NCBI GenBank assembly: GCA_030536265.1
Contig: JAUNQJ010000001.1
Span: 903 to 64,902, forward strand
Length of the DNA stretch: 64,000 nt
Direction of reading: 5' to 3'
Source of the DNA: Erysipelotrichaceae bacterium
Lineage (GTDB): Bacteria > Bacillota_I > Bacilli_A > Erysipelotrichales > Erysipelotrichaceae
Part shown: in pieces, positions 15,698 through 24,983 of the stretch
How positions within the stretch are numbered: the stretch's first letter is position 1
Layout of the letters: each line of letters opens with the position of its first letter
Notes under the pieces: model-generated
What the model was told of the DNA's origin: nothing
What the model saw: the letters and a program-made list of their open reading frames with translations, nothing else
Databases searched by the model: none
Program-made: the position numbers and the translations under genes

Positions 15698-16038
15698 TTT
15701 TTAATCTTCAAAATCTCTGTAATAATAAAGTAGAAATGTGGAATAGTCATACCGGCAAAAGCTCCAAAAAACGAATATAGCCCGCCAATTTTATAGCTAA
15801 TTAAGGCAACAGCAACAATTGCCACAAATTGTGCAATCATTATCAGAAATAATGTTCCTGTTACTTTAAATTTACTATTTAAACTTGGAAATTTTCTCTG
15901 ATTTAATAAATCATTGAAATAAAAATAGATAGATCCAAGTGCAATTCCAAGACCAATTTTGTAACTTACTATACAACTTAGTGCAGCTACAATAGCGACG
16001 CCAATATAGTATGGTTTCCAATTGAAGTCTTTGCTCAT
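15694..16038 (-). CDS. atpI: ATP synthase protein I-like small membrane protein
   Basis: 114 aa with four hydrophobic segments. It is the first gene of the atp operon and overlaps the atpB start by 4 nt. Confidence 0.6.
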   Translation of the reverse strand: MSKDFNWKPYYIGVAIVAALSCIVSYKIGLGIALGSIYFYFNDLLNQRKFPSLNSKFKVTGTLFLIMIAQFVAIVAVALISYKIGGLYSFFGAFAGMTIPHFYFIITEILKIKK

Positions 16039-16232
16039 GTATAAATTATAGCATTATTAAATCGTATGTTCTTTGCACTTTTCGTTAATATTCATTAATA
16101 ATTACGAATACTTTTATCAAAAAAATACAAATATCTATATGGCAACTGAATTGTCCATTTTCCTTATTAATAGGCGCTTTATTATGTTAAAATACTTGTG
16201 TATGGCTTATGCCTTAAATAAGGAGGAAAAGA

Positions 16233-18854
16233 ATGTCTAAGAAGTGGATTTATCTGTTTTCTGAAGGAAATGCAGATATGCGTGAGCTTTTAGGTGGTAA
16301 GGGTGCAAACTTAGCTGAAATGACTAACTTAGGTCTACCAGTTCCTTATGGTTTCACTATTACAACTGAAGCATGTACGCAATATTATGCGGATGGTAGA
16401 CAAATCAATGATGAAATCCAAACATTGATCTTCGAATATTTAGCAAAATTAGAAGCTCAATCTGGTAAAAAATTTGGTGATGTAAATAATCCGTTACTAG
16501 TATCAGTAAGATCAGGTGCAAGAGCATCTATGCCTGGTATGATGGATACTATTTTGAACTTAGGTTTAAATGATGAAGTTGTTGAAGGTTTCGCAAAACT
16601 AACTAACAACCCTCGTTTCGCTTATGATTCATATCGTCGTTTCGTTCAAATGTTTGCTGATGTAGTTATGGAAGTTCCAAAACATAACTTCGAAGTAATC
16701 ATTGATGAAATGAAAGAAGCTAAAGGTATCAAACTTGATACAGAATTTGACGCAGAAGATTTAAAAGTCATGGTAAAACGTTTCAAGGATTACTATGAAC
16801 AAACTAAGGGTGAAGCATTCCCTAACGATCCAAAGGTTCAATTAATTGAAGCTGTAAAAGCAGTATTTAGATCTTGGGATAACCCTAGAGCTAACTTCTA
16901 TCGTCAAATGAACGATATCCCTTATTCTTGGGGTACTGCAGTAAACGTTCAAATGATGGCATTCGGTAACATGGGTAATGACTGTGGTACTGGTGTTGCT
17001 TTCACTCGTAACCCTGCTACTGGTGAAAAGAAGTTATTTGGTGAATTCTTAATGAACGCTCAAGGTGAAGACGTTGTTGCTGGTGTTAGAACTCCTAATA
17101 CTATCGATGAATTAAAAACTATTGCACCTTCTGCTTATGATGAATTCGTTAAAGTATGTTCAACTCTTGAAAATCACTACCGTGATATGCAAGATATGGA
17201 ATTTACTATTGAACATGGTAAATTATGGATGTTACAAACTCGTAACGGTAAGAGAACTGCATCAGCAGCTCTACAAATCGCTTGCGATTTAGTTGATGAA
17301 GGTATGATTACAGACAAAGAAGCTGTAATGCAAGTAGACCCTAAGACATTAGATGCTTTACTTCACCCTCAATTCAACGCTGACGCTTTAAAAGCTGCAA
17401 CTCCAATCGCTACTGCTCTTGCTGCATCTCCAGGTGCTGCATGTGGTCAAGTAGTATTCTCTGCTGAAGATGCTATCGCTTGGGCTAAAGATGGCAAGAA
17501 AGTTGTTATCGTTAGACTTGAAACATCTCCAGAAGATATCGAAGGTATGCACGTTGCTCAAGGTATCTTAACTGCACGTGGTGGTATGACTTCTCATGCT
17601 GCTGTTGTTGCTAGAGGTATGGGTACTTGTTGTGTATCTGGATGTGGTGCTATTAAATTTGATGGTAAATCATTTGAATTAAACGGTACAACATTCCATG
17701 AAGGTGATTACATTTCTCTAGATGGTTCTACAGGAAACATCTATGCAGGTGCTATCCCTACTGAACCAGCTTCTATTTCTGGTAACTTCGCTAGATTAAT
17801 GGGTTGGGCAGATAAATATAAGAGATTAGCTATTAGAACTAATGCTGATACACCAAAGGATGCTGCACAAGCAGTTAAGTTCGGTGCTGAAGGTATTGGT
17901 CTAACAAGAACAGAACATATGTTCTTCGAAGCTGAAAGAATTAAAGCAATGCGTGAAATGATCGTTGCTGAAAACAAAGAGCAAAGACAAGCTGCACTTG
18001 CTAAACTGCTTCCTATGCAAAGAGGAGATTTCGAAGGTCTATACGAAGCTCTTCAAGGAAGACCAGTTACAATTCGTTACTTAGATCCACCTCTACACGA
18101 ATTCGTTCCTAATACAGATAAAGAAATCGCTGAACTTGCTGCTGATGTAGGTATCAGTGAAGATAGAATCAGACAAGTAATTGTTGATTTACATGAAGTT
18201 AACCCTATGATGGGGCATAGAGGATGCCGTTTAGCTGTTACATATCCTGAAATCGCAGAAATGCAAACAACAGCAGTTATCGAAGCTGCATTAAATGTTA
18301 GAGCTAAACATCCTGATTGGGACATCGTTCCTGAAATCATGATTCCATTAGTTGGTGAAACTAAAGAATTAAAATTCGTTAAAGACGTTGTAGTAAAGAC
18401 TGCAGATAAGATTATCGCTGCTGCTGGTACAAACATGAAGTACAAAGTTGGTACTATGATTGAAATTCCAAGAGCTGCAATCTTGGCTGGCGAAATTGCT
18501 GAAGAAGCTGAATTCTTCTCATTCGGTACTAACGATTTAACTCAAATGACATTTGGTTTCTCTAGAGATGATGCTGGTAAGTTCTTAGGTTCTTATTATG
18601 ATAATAAGATCTATGAACAAGATCCATTCGCTCACGTAGACCAAAGAGGTGTTGGTGTATTAGTTAAACTTGCTGCTGAACGTGGTAAAGCTACTAGACC
18701 TAACATTCACTTAGGTGTATGTGGTGAACATGGTGGTGACCCTGCTTCTATTGAATTCTTCCATAAAGCTGGTCTAGATTATGTATCTTGTTCTCCATAC
18801 CGTGTACCAATCGCTAGACTTGCTGCTGCACAAGCTGCAATCAAAAACAAATAG
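16233..18854 (+). CDS. ppdK: Pyruvate, phosphate dikinase
   Basis: 873 aa with the phosphohistidine motif GGMTSHAAVVARGMG and the PEP/pyruvate-domain motif GVCGEHGGDP. A strong RBS (aaggagga) precedes it. The gene is visibly richer in G/C than its surroundings. Confidence 0.97.
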   Translation: MSKKWIYLFSEGNADMRELLGGKGANLAEMTNLGLPVPYGFTITTEACTQYYADGRQINDEIQTLIFEYLAKLEAQSGKKFGDVNNPLLVSVRSGARASMPGMMDTILNLGLNDEVVEGFAKLTNNPRFAYDSYRRFVQMFADVVMEVPKHNFEVIIDEMKEAKGIKLDTEFDAEDLKVMVKRFKDYYEQTKGEAFPNDPKVQLIEAVKAVFRSWDNPRANFYRQMNDIPYSWGTAVNVQMMAFGNMGNDCGTGVAFTRNPATGEKKLFGEFLMNAQGEDVVAGVRTPNTIDELKTIAPSAYDEFVKVCSTLENHYRDMQDMEFTIEHGKLWMLQTRNGKRTASAALQIACDLVDEGMITDKEAVMQVDPKTLDALLHPQFNADALKAATPIATALAASPGAACGQVVFSAEDAIAWAKDGKKVVIVRLETSPEDIEGMHVAQGILTARGGMTSHAAVVARGMGTCCVSGCGAIKFDGKSFELNGTTFHEGDYISLDGSTGNIYAGAIPTEPASISGNFARLMGWADKYKRLAIRTNADTPKDAAQAVKFGAEGIGLTRTEHMFFEAERIKAMREMIVAENKEQRQAALAKLLPMQRGDFEGLYEALQGRPVTIRYLDPPLHEFVPNTDKEIAELAADVGISEDRIRQVIVDLHEVNPMMGHRGCRLAVTYPEIAEMQTTAVIEAALNVRAKHPDWDIVPEIMIPLVGETKELKFVKDVVVKTADKIIAAAGTNMKYKVGTMIEIPRAAILAGEIAEEAEFFSFGTNDLTQMTFGFSRDDAGKFLGSYYDNKIYEQDPFAHVDQRGVGVLVKLAAERGKATRPNIHLGVCGEHGGDPASIEFFHKAGLDYVSCSPYRVPIARLAAAQAAIKNK

Positions 18855-18861
18855 TAAAAAC

Positions 18862-18897
18862 AAAAAAACTTCCTAGATTAATCTAGGAAGTTTTTTT
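18862..18897. terminator. Bidirectional Rho-independent terminator (ppdK on + / lipoprotein gene on -)
   Basis: Nine-bp stem cttcctaga/tctaggaag with loop ttaa, flanked by an A-run 5' and a T-run 3'. Confidence 0.8.
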
Positions 18898-19771
18898 ATT
18901 CTTCTGCATTATCTAATACGCTTGGTACCAACAAATTAATTGGAATAGTAATTGATAAAGGCCTTCCACCATTAGCCCATATTTCAATTACTAAACCATC
19001 AGGTTTATTGTATGAAGATAAATCTATTTGATAAGCCCCTTCATATAAATTCAAATTCTCACCTGAAAGAATGAAGTCAACAGGTTCATGGTAATATCCA
19101 CTGCCATCTTCAAAAGTAATAACTGATAACAAAAGATTTGAATATTCATCTGTTTCAATTGATACTTTAAGTGAATATTCATTATTGTTGGATGTTGAAA
19201 CATATAATTGATTAATATTAAGAAAGTTAGGCTTATAATCTGAATCATCAATTAATAAATCTTTTGATAAATCTATATATGTTCTATTAATAAAAGTATC
19301 AGGAAATTTTGATTTAATCTCATTAATTTTATCTTCATCTATGCGCATTTTAGATTTATTACAATCAACAGTTATAAAAACACGGTCATTATCATTTTTC
19401 CAAAAACAAAAGTATAACTTTTCTTTATCTTCAAGATAACCAGGAGACATATTTAAAAGATATTCGCCTGGTTCATTCTCGTCATATAGGAATATTTGAT
19501 TACTTCTTGATTTAGGATTGTCATATAGAACACCAGAATAGTTTTCTAAACCTTCCACTTTTAAATATAGAAAATCTTCATAGTATTCAAAAGCGATTAA
19601 ATCATCAACTCTAAAGTTACCTGCTTTTAATTGATGTTCATCAATCTTATATATTAAATTAAAATTAGTATCTTCTTCAGTTACTTGATTATCGGTGTAT
19701 TCAATATTATTAGAACTAGAACAACCAGCTAATAAAAATAAAGCTAATAGACAAATGCATGCTCTTTTCAT
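18896..19771 (-). CDS. Lipoprotein of unknown function
   Basis: 291 aa with signal peptide and lipobox MKRACICLLALFLLAGC. Confidence 0.7.
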   Translation of the reverse strand: MKRACICLLALFLLAGCSSSNNIEYTDNQVTEEDTNFNLIYKIDEHQLKAGNFRVDDLIAFEYYEDFLYLKVEGLENYSGVLYDNPKSRSNQIFLYDENEPGEYLLNMSPGYLEDKEKLYFCFWKNDNDRVFITVDCNKSKMRIDEDKINEIKSKFPDTFINRTYIDLSKDLLIDDSDYKPNFLNINQLYVSTSNNNEYSLKVSIETDEYSNLLLSVITFEDGSGYYHEPVDFILSGENLNLYEGAYQIDLSSYNKPDGLVIEIWANGGRPLSITIPINLLVPSVLDNAEE

Positions 19772-19809
19772 AACAATAATTATAATATAGCTTTGAATTC
19801 ACTCAAAGT

Positions 19810-20226
19810 TTAAGTACGATGTATTTCTTTTCTTCCACAAGTTGGACAAGTTGATTCTATTTTGCCCTGTCCTTTTGGTAGCCTTATTAATTGTTTGCAA
19901 TTTTTGCAAATATAAATTCTATGAGTTTTACGATACTGCCATTTTAGTTTTAAATATTTAATTACCTTTCGATAAGCCCTATTTTCTTCAACGCGAGCCA
20001 CTTTATTACTAGAGAAATATCTAATAATAAAAATAATAAAGAAAATAGATGAAGCATAATATACTATATTGTTCTTTAAAAAGATATTAATAATAGATAT
20101 AGCAAAATATAGAATAATTAATCCTTTATTAATATCATCCATACCATAGCTTCTACGATATAGATTAATAAAAAACCTTTTAACATTGTTTCCTAAATTT
20201 CTAAAAAAGAATTTAATTTTGTTCAT
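19810..20226 (-). CDS. Small membrane protein with a C-terminal zinc ribbon (conserved clostridial-type hypothetical)
   Basis: 138 aa with two TM segments followed by CKNC-x17-CPTC (ICKNCKQLIRLPKGQGKIESTCPTCG). Confidence 0.6.
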   Translation of the reverse strand: MNKIKFFFRNLGNNVKRFFINLYRRSYGMDDINKGLIILYFAISIINIFLKNNIVYYASSIFFIIFIIRYFSSNKVARVEENRAYRKVIKYLKLKWQYRKTHRIYICKNCKQLIRLPKGQGKIESTCPTCGRKEIHRT

Positions 20227-20283
20227 AATTAAATTGTAATATAGATACTTAGATAATAAAAATAAGGTCCGTTTATTCGAACC

Positions 20284-20613
20284 TTATTTTTTATTTTTGT
20301 TAATAATATCTTCGATATGTTGAGCTCTTTCTAATGAATCATCAATTATGAACTCAAGATCTGGTATTTTTCTAATACTAATTCTATGTGCTAGTTCTCT
20401 TTTGATATAGCCTTTGCATCTTTTTAGTGCTTCAATTGAACTATCTTTTTTAGGACCTAAGAATGATACATATACCTTGGCAACACTTAGGTCTGGAGCA
20501 ATCTTTACTTCGCTTACTGTAGCAAATCCTATTTCAGAATTAGTTAATTCAAATTGAATAATACTAGATATTTCTTTTCTAAATAAAGAATCTAATCTAT
20601 CAGTTCTTGGCAT
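20284..20613 (-). CDS. rbfA: Ribosome-binding factor A
   Basis: 109 aa. The stretch ATVSEVKIAPDLSVAKVYVS is typical of RbfA. Its start overlaps the infB stop. Confidence 0.9.
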   Translation of the reverse strand: MPRTDRLDSLFRKEISSIIQFELTNSEIGFATVSEVKIAPDLSVAKVYVSFLGPKKDSSIEALKRCKGYIKRELAHRISIRKIPDLEFIIDDSLERAQHIEDIINKNKK

Positions 20614-22445
20614 TATTCTGGTTTAACCTCTTGATCAACGTATCCTTCAATAATATCTCCTTCTTTGATATCGTTGAAGTTTTCGATTGTCATACCACAT
20701 TCGTATCCGGATACAACTTCTTTAGCATCGTTTTCGAATCTCTTTAATGATCCAAGCTTGCCGGTGTAAATTACAATACCATCTCTAATTAATCTAACAC
20801 CTGATTCTTTTACAATCTTACCTTCAGTAACCATACATCCAGCAATTGTACCAACTTTAGATACTTTATATGTCTTTCTAACTTCAGCTTGACCAGTAAC
20901 AACTTCTTCAAACACTGGTGCTAGCATACCCTTCATAGCAGCTTCCATTTCTTCAACAGCTTTATAGATAATGTTGTGAAGTCTAATTTCTACACCTTCT
21001 TCTTGAGCTTTCTTTCTTACTGTAGCGTTTGGTCTAACATTGAAACCATAAATTACAGCATGAGATACAGAAGCTAAGATTACATCTGATTCAGAGATTG
21101 AACCTGCTGATTGTCTAATGATATTTACTTTAACGCCATCAACTTCAATCTTAGATAATGATGAAGCAACGGCTTCAGCAGTACCTTGAACATCAGCTTT
21201 AACAAGAACTGGAACTTCTTTAATATCACCTGAAGCGATTTGACTAGATAAGTCGTCAAGTGACATAGCAGAAGTTGCTTTTCTTTCTTTTTCAATCTTT
21301 GTTTTATTTCTAGCTTGAGCTACAGCTCTAGCATCCTTATCATCTGCGAATACTTTGAAGTTATCTCCAGCAACTGGAACATCATTTAAACCGATTACTT
21401 CGACTGGCATTGATGGAGGTGCTTCATTAATTTCTTCGCCTTTATCATTTGTCATCTTGCGAACTTTACCATAGCATGCACCAACAACAATAGAATCGCC
21501 TTGGTGTAAAGTTCCGTTTTGAACAAGTAAAGTTGTAACTGGGCCTCTACCTTTATCAAGCTTCGCTTCAATTACAGTACCCGTAGCAAGTTTAGATGGA
21601 TTTGCTTTTAAATCCTTTACTTCAGCAACTACTAGAATTGACTCAAGTAGTTCTTGTAAACCATCACCAGTTTTTGCAGAACAGTTAACATAAATTGTGT
21701 CACCACCCCACTCTTCTGGCATTAAATCTAATTCAGATAATGCATTTTTAACTTTATCAGGATTAGCGCCAGGTTTATCCATTTTGTTTACAGCAACAAT
21801 CATTGGAACCTTAGCAGCTTTTGAGTGGTCTATTGCTTCTCTAGTTTGAGGCATAACGCCATCATCTGCAGCTACTACGATAATAGAAACATCGGTAACA
21901 GATGCTCCACGGGCTCTCATTGCGGTGAAAGCTTCATGTCCTGGAGTATCTAAGAAAGTTACTTTCTTTCCATTTACATCTACTTGATATGCACCAATGT
22001 GCTGTGTAATACCACCAAATTCACCAGAAGTAACATTTGAACTTCTAATAGCATCTAGGATAGATGTCTTACCATGGTCAACGTGTCCCATGATAGTAAC
22101 AATTGGGGCTCTTTGTCTTAAATCATCAGGATTATCAATTTCTGTATCAGCTAATGATTCTTCTTCCTCTTCATCAATCTTTGTAGGAGTAATTCCGTAT
22201 TCTACACAGATTAATTCAACATTTTCATCATCTAAAGGAGAGTTAATAGTTAAAGCCTTACCAAGCATAAATAATAATTTGATAAGCTCACCAGAATTCT
22301 TATTAATCTTATTAGCCAATTCACCAACAGTAATACCATCAGTATAATTAATAGCTTCAATCTTAATTTCTTCTTTCTTATCTTCATTACTTATAGGTTT
22401 AGCATTTTTCTTATTTAAATGTTTCTTATATGTTTGTTTAGCCAT
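20613..22445 (-). CDS. infB: Translation initiation factor IF-2 (short N-terminal region)
   Basis: 610 aa with GTPase motifs [17 protein letters not shown] and NKMD. Confidence 0.96.
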   Translation of the reverse strand: MAKQTYKKHLNKKNAKPISNEDKKEEIKIEAINYTDGITVGELANKINKNSGELIKLLFMLGKALTINSPLDDENVELICVEYGITPTKIDEEEEESLADTEIDNPDDLRQRAPIVTIMGHVDHGKTSILDAIRSSNVTSGEFGGITQHIGAYQVDVNGKKVTFLDTPGHEAFTAMRARGASVTDVSIIVVAADDGVMPQTREAIDHSKAAKVPMIVAVNKMDKPGANPDKVKNALSELDLMPEEWGGDTIYVNCSAKTGDGLQELLESILVVAEVKDLKANPSKLATGTVIEAKLDKGRGPVTTLLVQNGTLHQGDSIVVGACYGKVRKMTNDKGEEINEAPPSMPVEVIGLNDVPVAGDNFKVFADDKDARAVAQARNKTKIEKERKATSAMSLDDLSSQIASGDIKEVPVLVKADVQGTAEAVASSLSKIEVDGVKVNIIRQSAGSISESDVILASVSHAVIYGFNVRPNATVRKKAQEEGVEIRLHNIIYKAVEEMEAAMKGMLAPVFEEVVTGQAEVRKTYKVSKVGTIAGCMVTEGKIVKESGVRLIRDGIVIYTGKLGSLKRFENDAKEVVSGYECGMTIENFNDIKEGDIIEGYVDQEVKPE

Positions 22446-22468
22446 TAAGTAACCTCCTTATTTTTTAA

Positions 22469-22726
22469 CTATTTATTGATAATGTTTTCTATCTCCTTAT
22501 AAACATCATCAGTTACATCTACTTCCAAAGCTTTGTTTAAGAGCTTTTTATCCTTTAATATCTTTAATGCATCTAAAGATTTTTTAACATAAGCGCCCTT
22601 GCCATTAAGCTTTCCTGTAGTATCAACTTTTACTTCACCTTCAGGCGTTCTAACAATTCTTAATAATTCGTTTTTTGGTAAAGATTCGTTAGTAGCCAAG
22701 CACTTACGCATAGGAATTTTTTTCAT
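22469..22726 (-). CDS. ylxR: YlxR/RnpM family RNA-binding protein (DUF448)
   Basis: 85 aa with the motifs MRKCLATNE...ELLRIV...GKGAYV. It occupies the canonical position between nusA and infB. Confidence 0.85.
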   Translation of the reverse strand: MKKIPMRKCLATNESLPKNELLRIVRTPEGEVKVDTTGKLNGKGAYVKKSLDALKILKDKKLLNKALEVDVTDDVYKEIENIINK

Positions 22727-24441
22727 TATTTTTCCTCGTCGTAATACTCATCATATTCATCGAAGTCGATCTCATCATTAATCCAAGTGTTATCTTCTTC
22801 GGCTTGTTGTTGAGCTTCAATTTCTTCTAATTCTTCTTCAGAATAGAATGGTTTAACATCTTCATCATATTCCTTCTTTTCTAGATCTTCAGCTCTAACT
22901 CTTCTTTCAGTATCTTCCTTCTTCTTATGTTTCTTGAATTCAGGCTTTTCTTCCTTCTTAGAAGCATCAGCGAAGTCTTCAAATTTAGAATGATATTCAG
23001 CCTTAGGAGTAAGAGGTTTCTTTTCGATCTTTATTTCTTCTTCCTCAGGTTTTGTTTCTTCAACCTTAACTGGTTCTTCTTTAACTGGTTCGCTAACTAC
23101 AGTTTCTTCTTTAGGAGTATCTACGATAGTTAGTTCTTCTGGAACTTCTTCTACTTCATCAAATGCGCCTTCAGCAGAATCAGTATTTGCGATTTCAGCA
23201 TCGAATTCAGCTCTTCTTCTTAATGCTTCTTCTTGAATAGCTTGGAATTCCTTCATTTCTTTTTCTTTAATAATTCTTGCTTGATCAGCTTTGAATTCTA
23301 ATACAGCTTGATCAACATCAATACCTAGTTCATTAATTTCGCTTTGAGTCTTAATATCAATCTTACGATTAGTTAATTTAACTGCAAGTTTAGCGTTCTT
23401 ACCTTTTTTACCAATTGCAACTGATAATTTATCATCATCAACCACAACAACTAAAGGTCTCTTATTACGTTTAGCATATTCTTCAATTACTTCAGGAGTT
23501 AATTCAGGATCAGTTTTTTCGTCAGCATAGAAACAAGCTTTTACTTCAGCTGGAGATAAAGCATTCTTAACAAGTTCGCCAATATCATCATTCCATTCAA
23601 AGACATCAATTTTTTCACCTTTTACTTCGATGATAACAGCTTGAACTCTAGAACCTCTAGGGCCAATACATGCTCCAATTGGATCTACGTCATCATTTCT
23701 AGAATAAACAGCCATCTTAGTTCTTTCACCAGCTTCTCTAGCGATAGCTTTTATTTCTACGATACCTTGTTGAATTTCTGGTACTTCTTTTTCAAATAAA
23801 CGTTTAACAAACATAGCATCGCCACGAGATAAAACTACTTGAGAACCTTTAGAATTCTTAGATACTTCTTTAATAATAGTTTTAATTGTTTGGCCTTCTC
23901 TATATACTTCGCCAGGAATTTGTTCAGACTTTAATAAAATACCAATAGTAGATTTAATGTCTACAAGTACAAACTTATCTTCAACAGTTTTGATAATACC
24001 CGAAATTAAATCGTATTCTTTGTCCTTATATTCATCAAATACTCTTTGTTTTTCATATTCCTTAATTCTTTGCTTAAGCATTTGCTTTGCAACGTTAATA
24101 GAAGTTCTTCCAATTTCATCAAAATTAACTTCTTCTTCAATAACATCACCTACTTTAGCATCAGGATTAATCTTTTGAGCTTCTGATAAAAGAATATCTA
24201 GTGTTTCATCAAATGTTTCTGATTCGTCATCAACAACATCTAAAAGATGGAATACTTTCATTTCTCTTCCGTCAATTTCAACTCTTACTTTTGCTTCTGG
24301 TGCATCAATATGCTTTTGGTATGTTTTAGCAATTGCTTCTTTTAATGTTTCAATTACAAATTCAGGTTCAATCTTACGATCTTCCTCAAATAATCTCATA
24401 CCATCTTGGAATGCTTTTGTTTTTAAACTAATTCCGCTCAT
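22726..24441 (-). CDS. nusA: Transcription termination/antitermination factor NusA with a long acidic C-terminal extension
   Basis: 571 aa. The NTD-S1-KH-KH core covers roughly residues 1-345 (KH motif ACIGPRGSRVQ). The remaining ~225 residues are an E/K/D-rich low-complexity tail. Confidence 0.95.
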   Translation of the reverse strand: MSGISLKTKAFQDGMRLFEEDRKIEPEFVIETLKEAIAKTYQKHIDAPEAKVRVEIDGREMKVFHLLDVVDDESETFDETLDILLSEAQKINPDAKVGDVIEEEVNFDEIGRTSINVAKQMLKQRIKEYEKQRVFDEYKDKEYDLISGIIKTVEDKFVLVDIKSTIGILLKSEQIPGEVYREGQTIKTIIKEVSKNSKGSQVVLSRGDAMFVKRLFEKEVPEIQQGIVEIKAIAREAGERTKMAVYSRNDDVDPIGACIGPRGSRVQAVIIEVKGEKIDVFEWNDDIGELVKNALSPAEVKACFYADEKTDPELTPEVIEEYAKRNKRPLVVVVDDDKLSVAIGKKGKNAKLAVKLTNRKIDIKTQSEINELGIDVDQAVLEFKADQARIIKEKEMKEFQAIQEEALRRRAEFDAEIANTDSAEGAFDEVEEVPEELTIVDTPKEETVVSEPVKEEPVKVEETKPEEEEIKIEKKPLTPKAEYHSKFEDFADASKKEEKPEFKKHKKKEDTERRVRAEDLEKKEYDEDVKPFYSEEELEEIEAQQQAEEDNTWINDEIDFDEYDEYYDEEK

Positions 24442-24455
24442 TTTATAATTCTCCT

Positions 24456-24890
24456 TTAGAATTTAACTGCATAACGTAATTTCTTTACGTCGTTTGTATT
24501 AATCTTTATTGTCTTTTTTCTTGTTTTATCAAGATAATCAATTGTTAGAACTCCATCTTTATACGATGACAATGTTCCTTCAATTTCTTGTTCGTTTGTT
24601 TTTACATGAACATATGAATTAACTGCTTTTTTGATATCGTCTTCTGATTTAATTTCTCTTTCACATCCCGCGGATGCTACATCTAACAAGTATTCATCAA
24701 AATCTTCATCATACTTGTCCATAATCTTTGATATCTTTTCAGATAACAACGATACTTCATTTAAATCAATCGATTCATCAATAAGCACTTCTAGGATCTT
24801 ATCTTTCTTTAGATATTTTAAAGAATACAAATGATATCCTAGTTTCTCAATATCCTTAGATAATTTCTCCTTTATCTCACCTAATTCCAT
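24456..24890 (-). CDS. rimP: Ribosome maturation factor RimP
   Basis: 144 aa, immediately upstream of nusA, with a strong RBS (aaggagga). Confidence 0.85.
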   Translation of the reverse strand: MELGEIKEKLSKDIEKLGYHLYSLKYLKKDKILEVLIDESIDLNEVSLLSEKISKIMDKYDEDFDEYLLDVASAGCEREIKSEDDIKKAVNSYVHVKTNEQEIEGTLSSYKDGVLTIDYLDKTRKKTIKINTNDVKKLRYAVKF

Positions 24891-24918
24891 GAGTCCTCCT
24901 TAAAAAAGGCAATAATAT

Positions 24919-24940
24919 AAGGAGAGATTTCTCTCTCCTT
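24919..24940 (-). terminator. Terminator-like leader hairpin between the putative promoter and the rimP RBS
   Basis: On the minus strand: AAGGAGAGA-GAAA-TCTCTCCTT, a 9-bp stem with a GNRA loop. It is followed by an interrupted U-tract, AUAUUAUUGCCUUUUUU. Confidence 0.5.
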
Positions 24941-24953
24941 ATTTACATATAAT

Positions 24954-24983
24954 ATAGTACCAAATCTAATAATCAATAGTCAA
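24954..24983 (-). promoter_or_regulatory. Candidate sigma-A promoter of the rimP-nusA-ylxR-infB-rbfA operon
   Basis: On the minus strand: TTGACT (24983-24978), an 18-nt spacer, then TACTAT (24959-24954). Confidence 0.45.

Noticed and set aside
16039-16232. The 194-bp atpI/ppdK divergent region as a possible riboswitch or sRNA locus.
   Set aside because: I found no conserved aptamer-like motif and no stable hairpin-terminator. The space is adequately explained by two back-to-back promoters plus the ppdK RBS.
18866-18892. A dif-like sequence: ACTTCCTAGAT resembles the XerC arm of B. subtilis dif (ACTTCCTAGAA).
   Set aside because: The right half is simply the inverted repeat of the left and does not match the XerD arm TTATGTAAACT. 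The element is a textbook bidirectional terminator with flanking A and T runs. Gene strand bias does not switch here.
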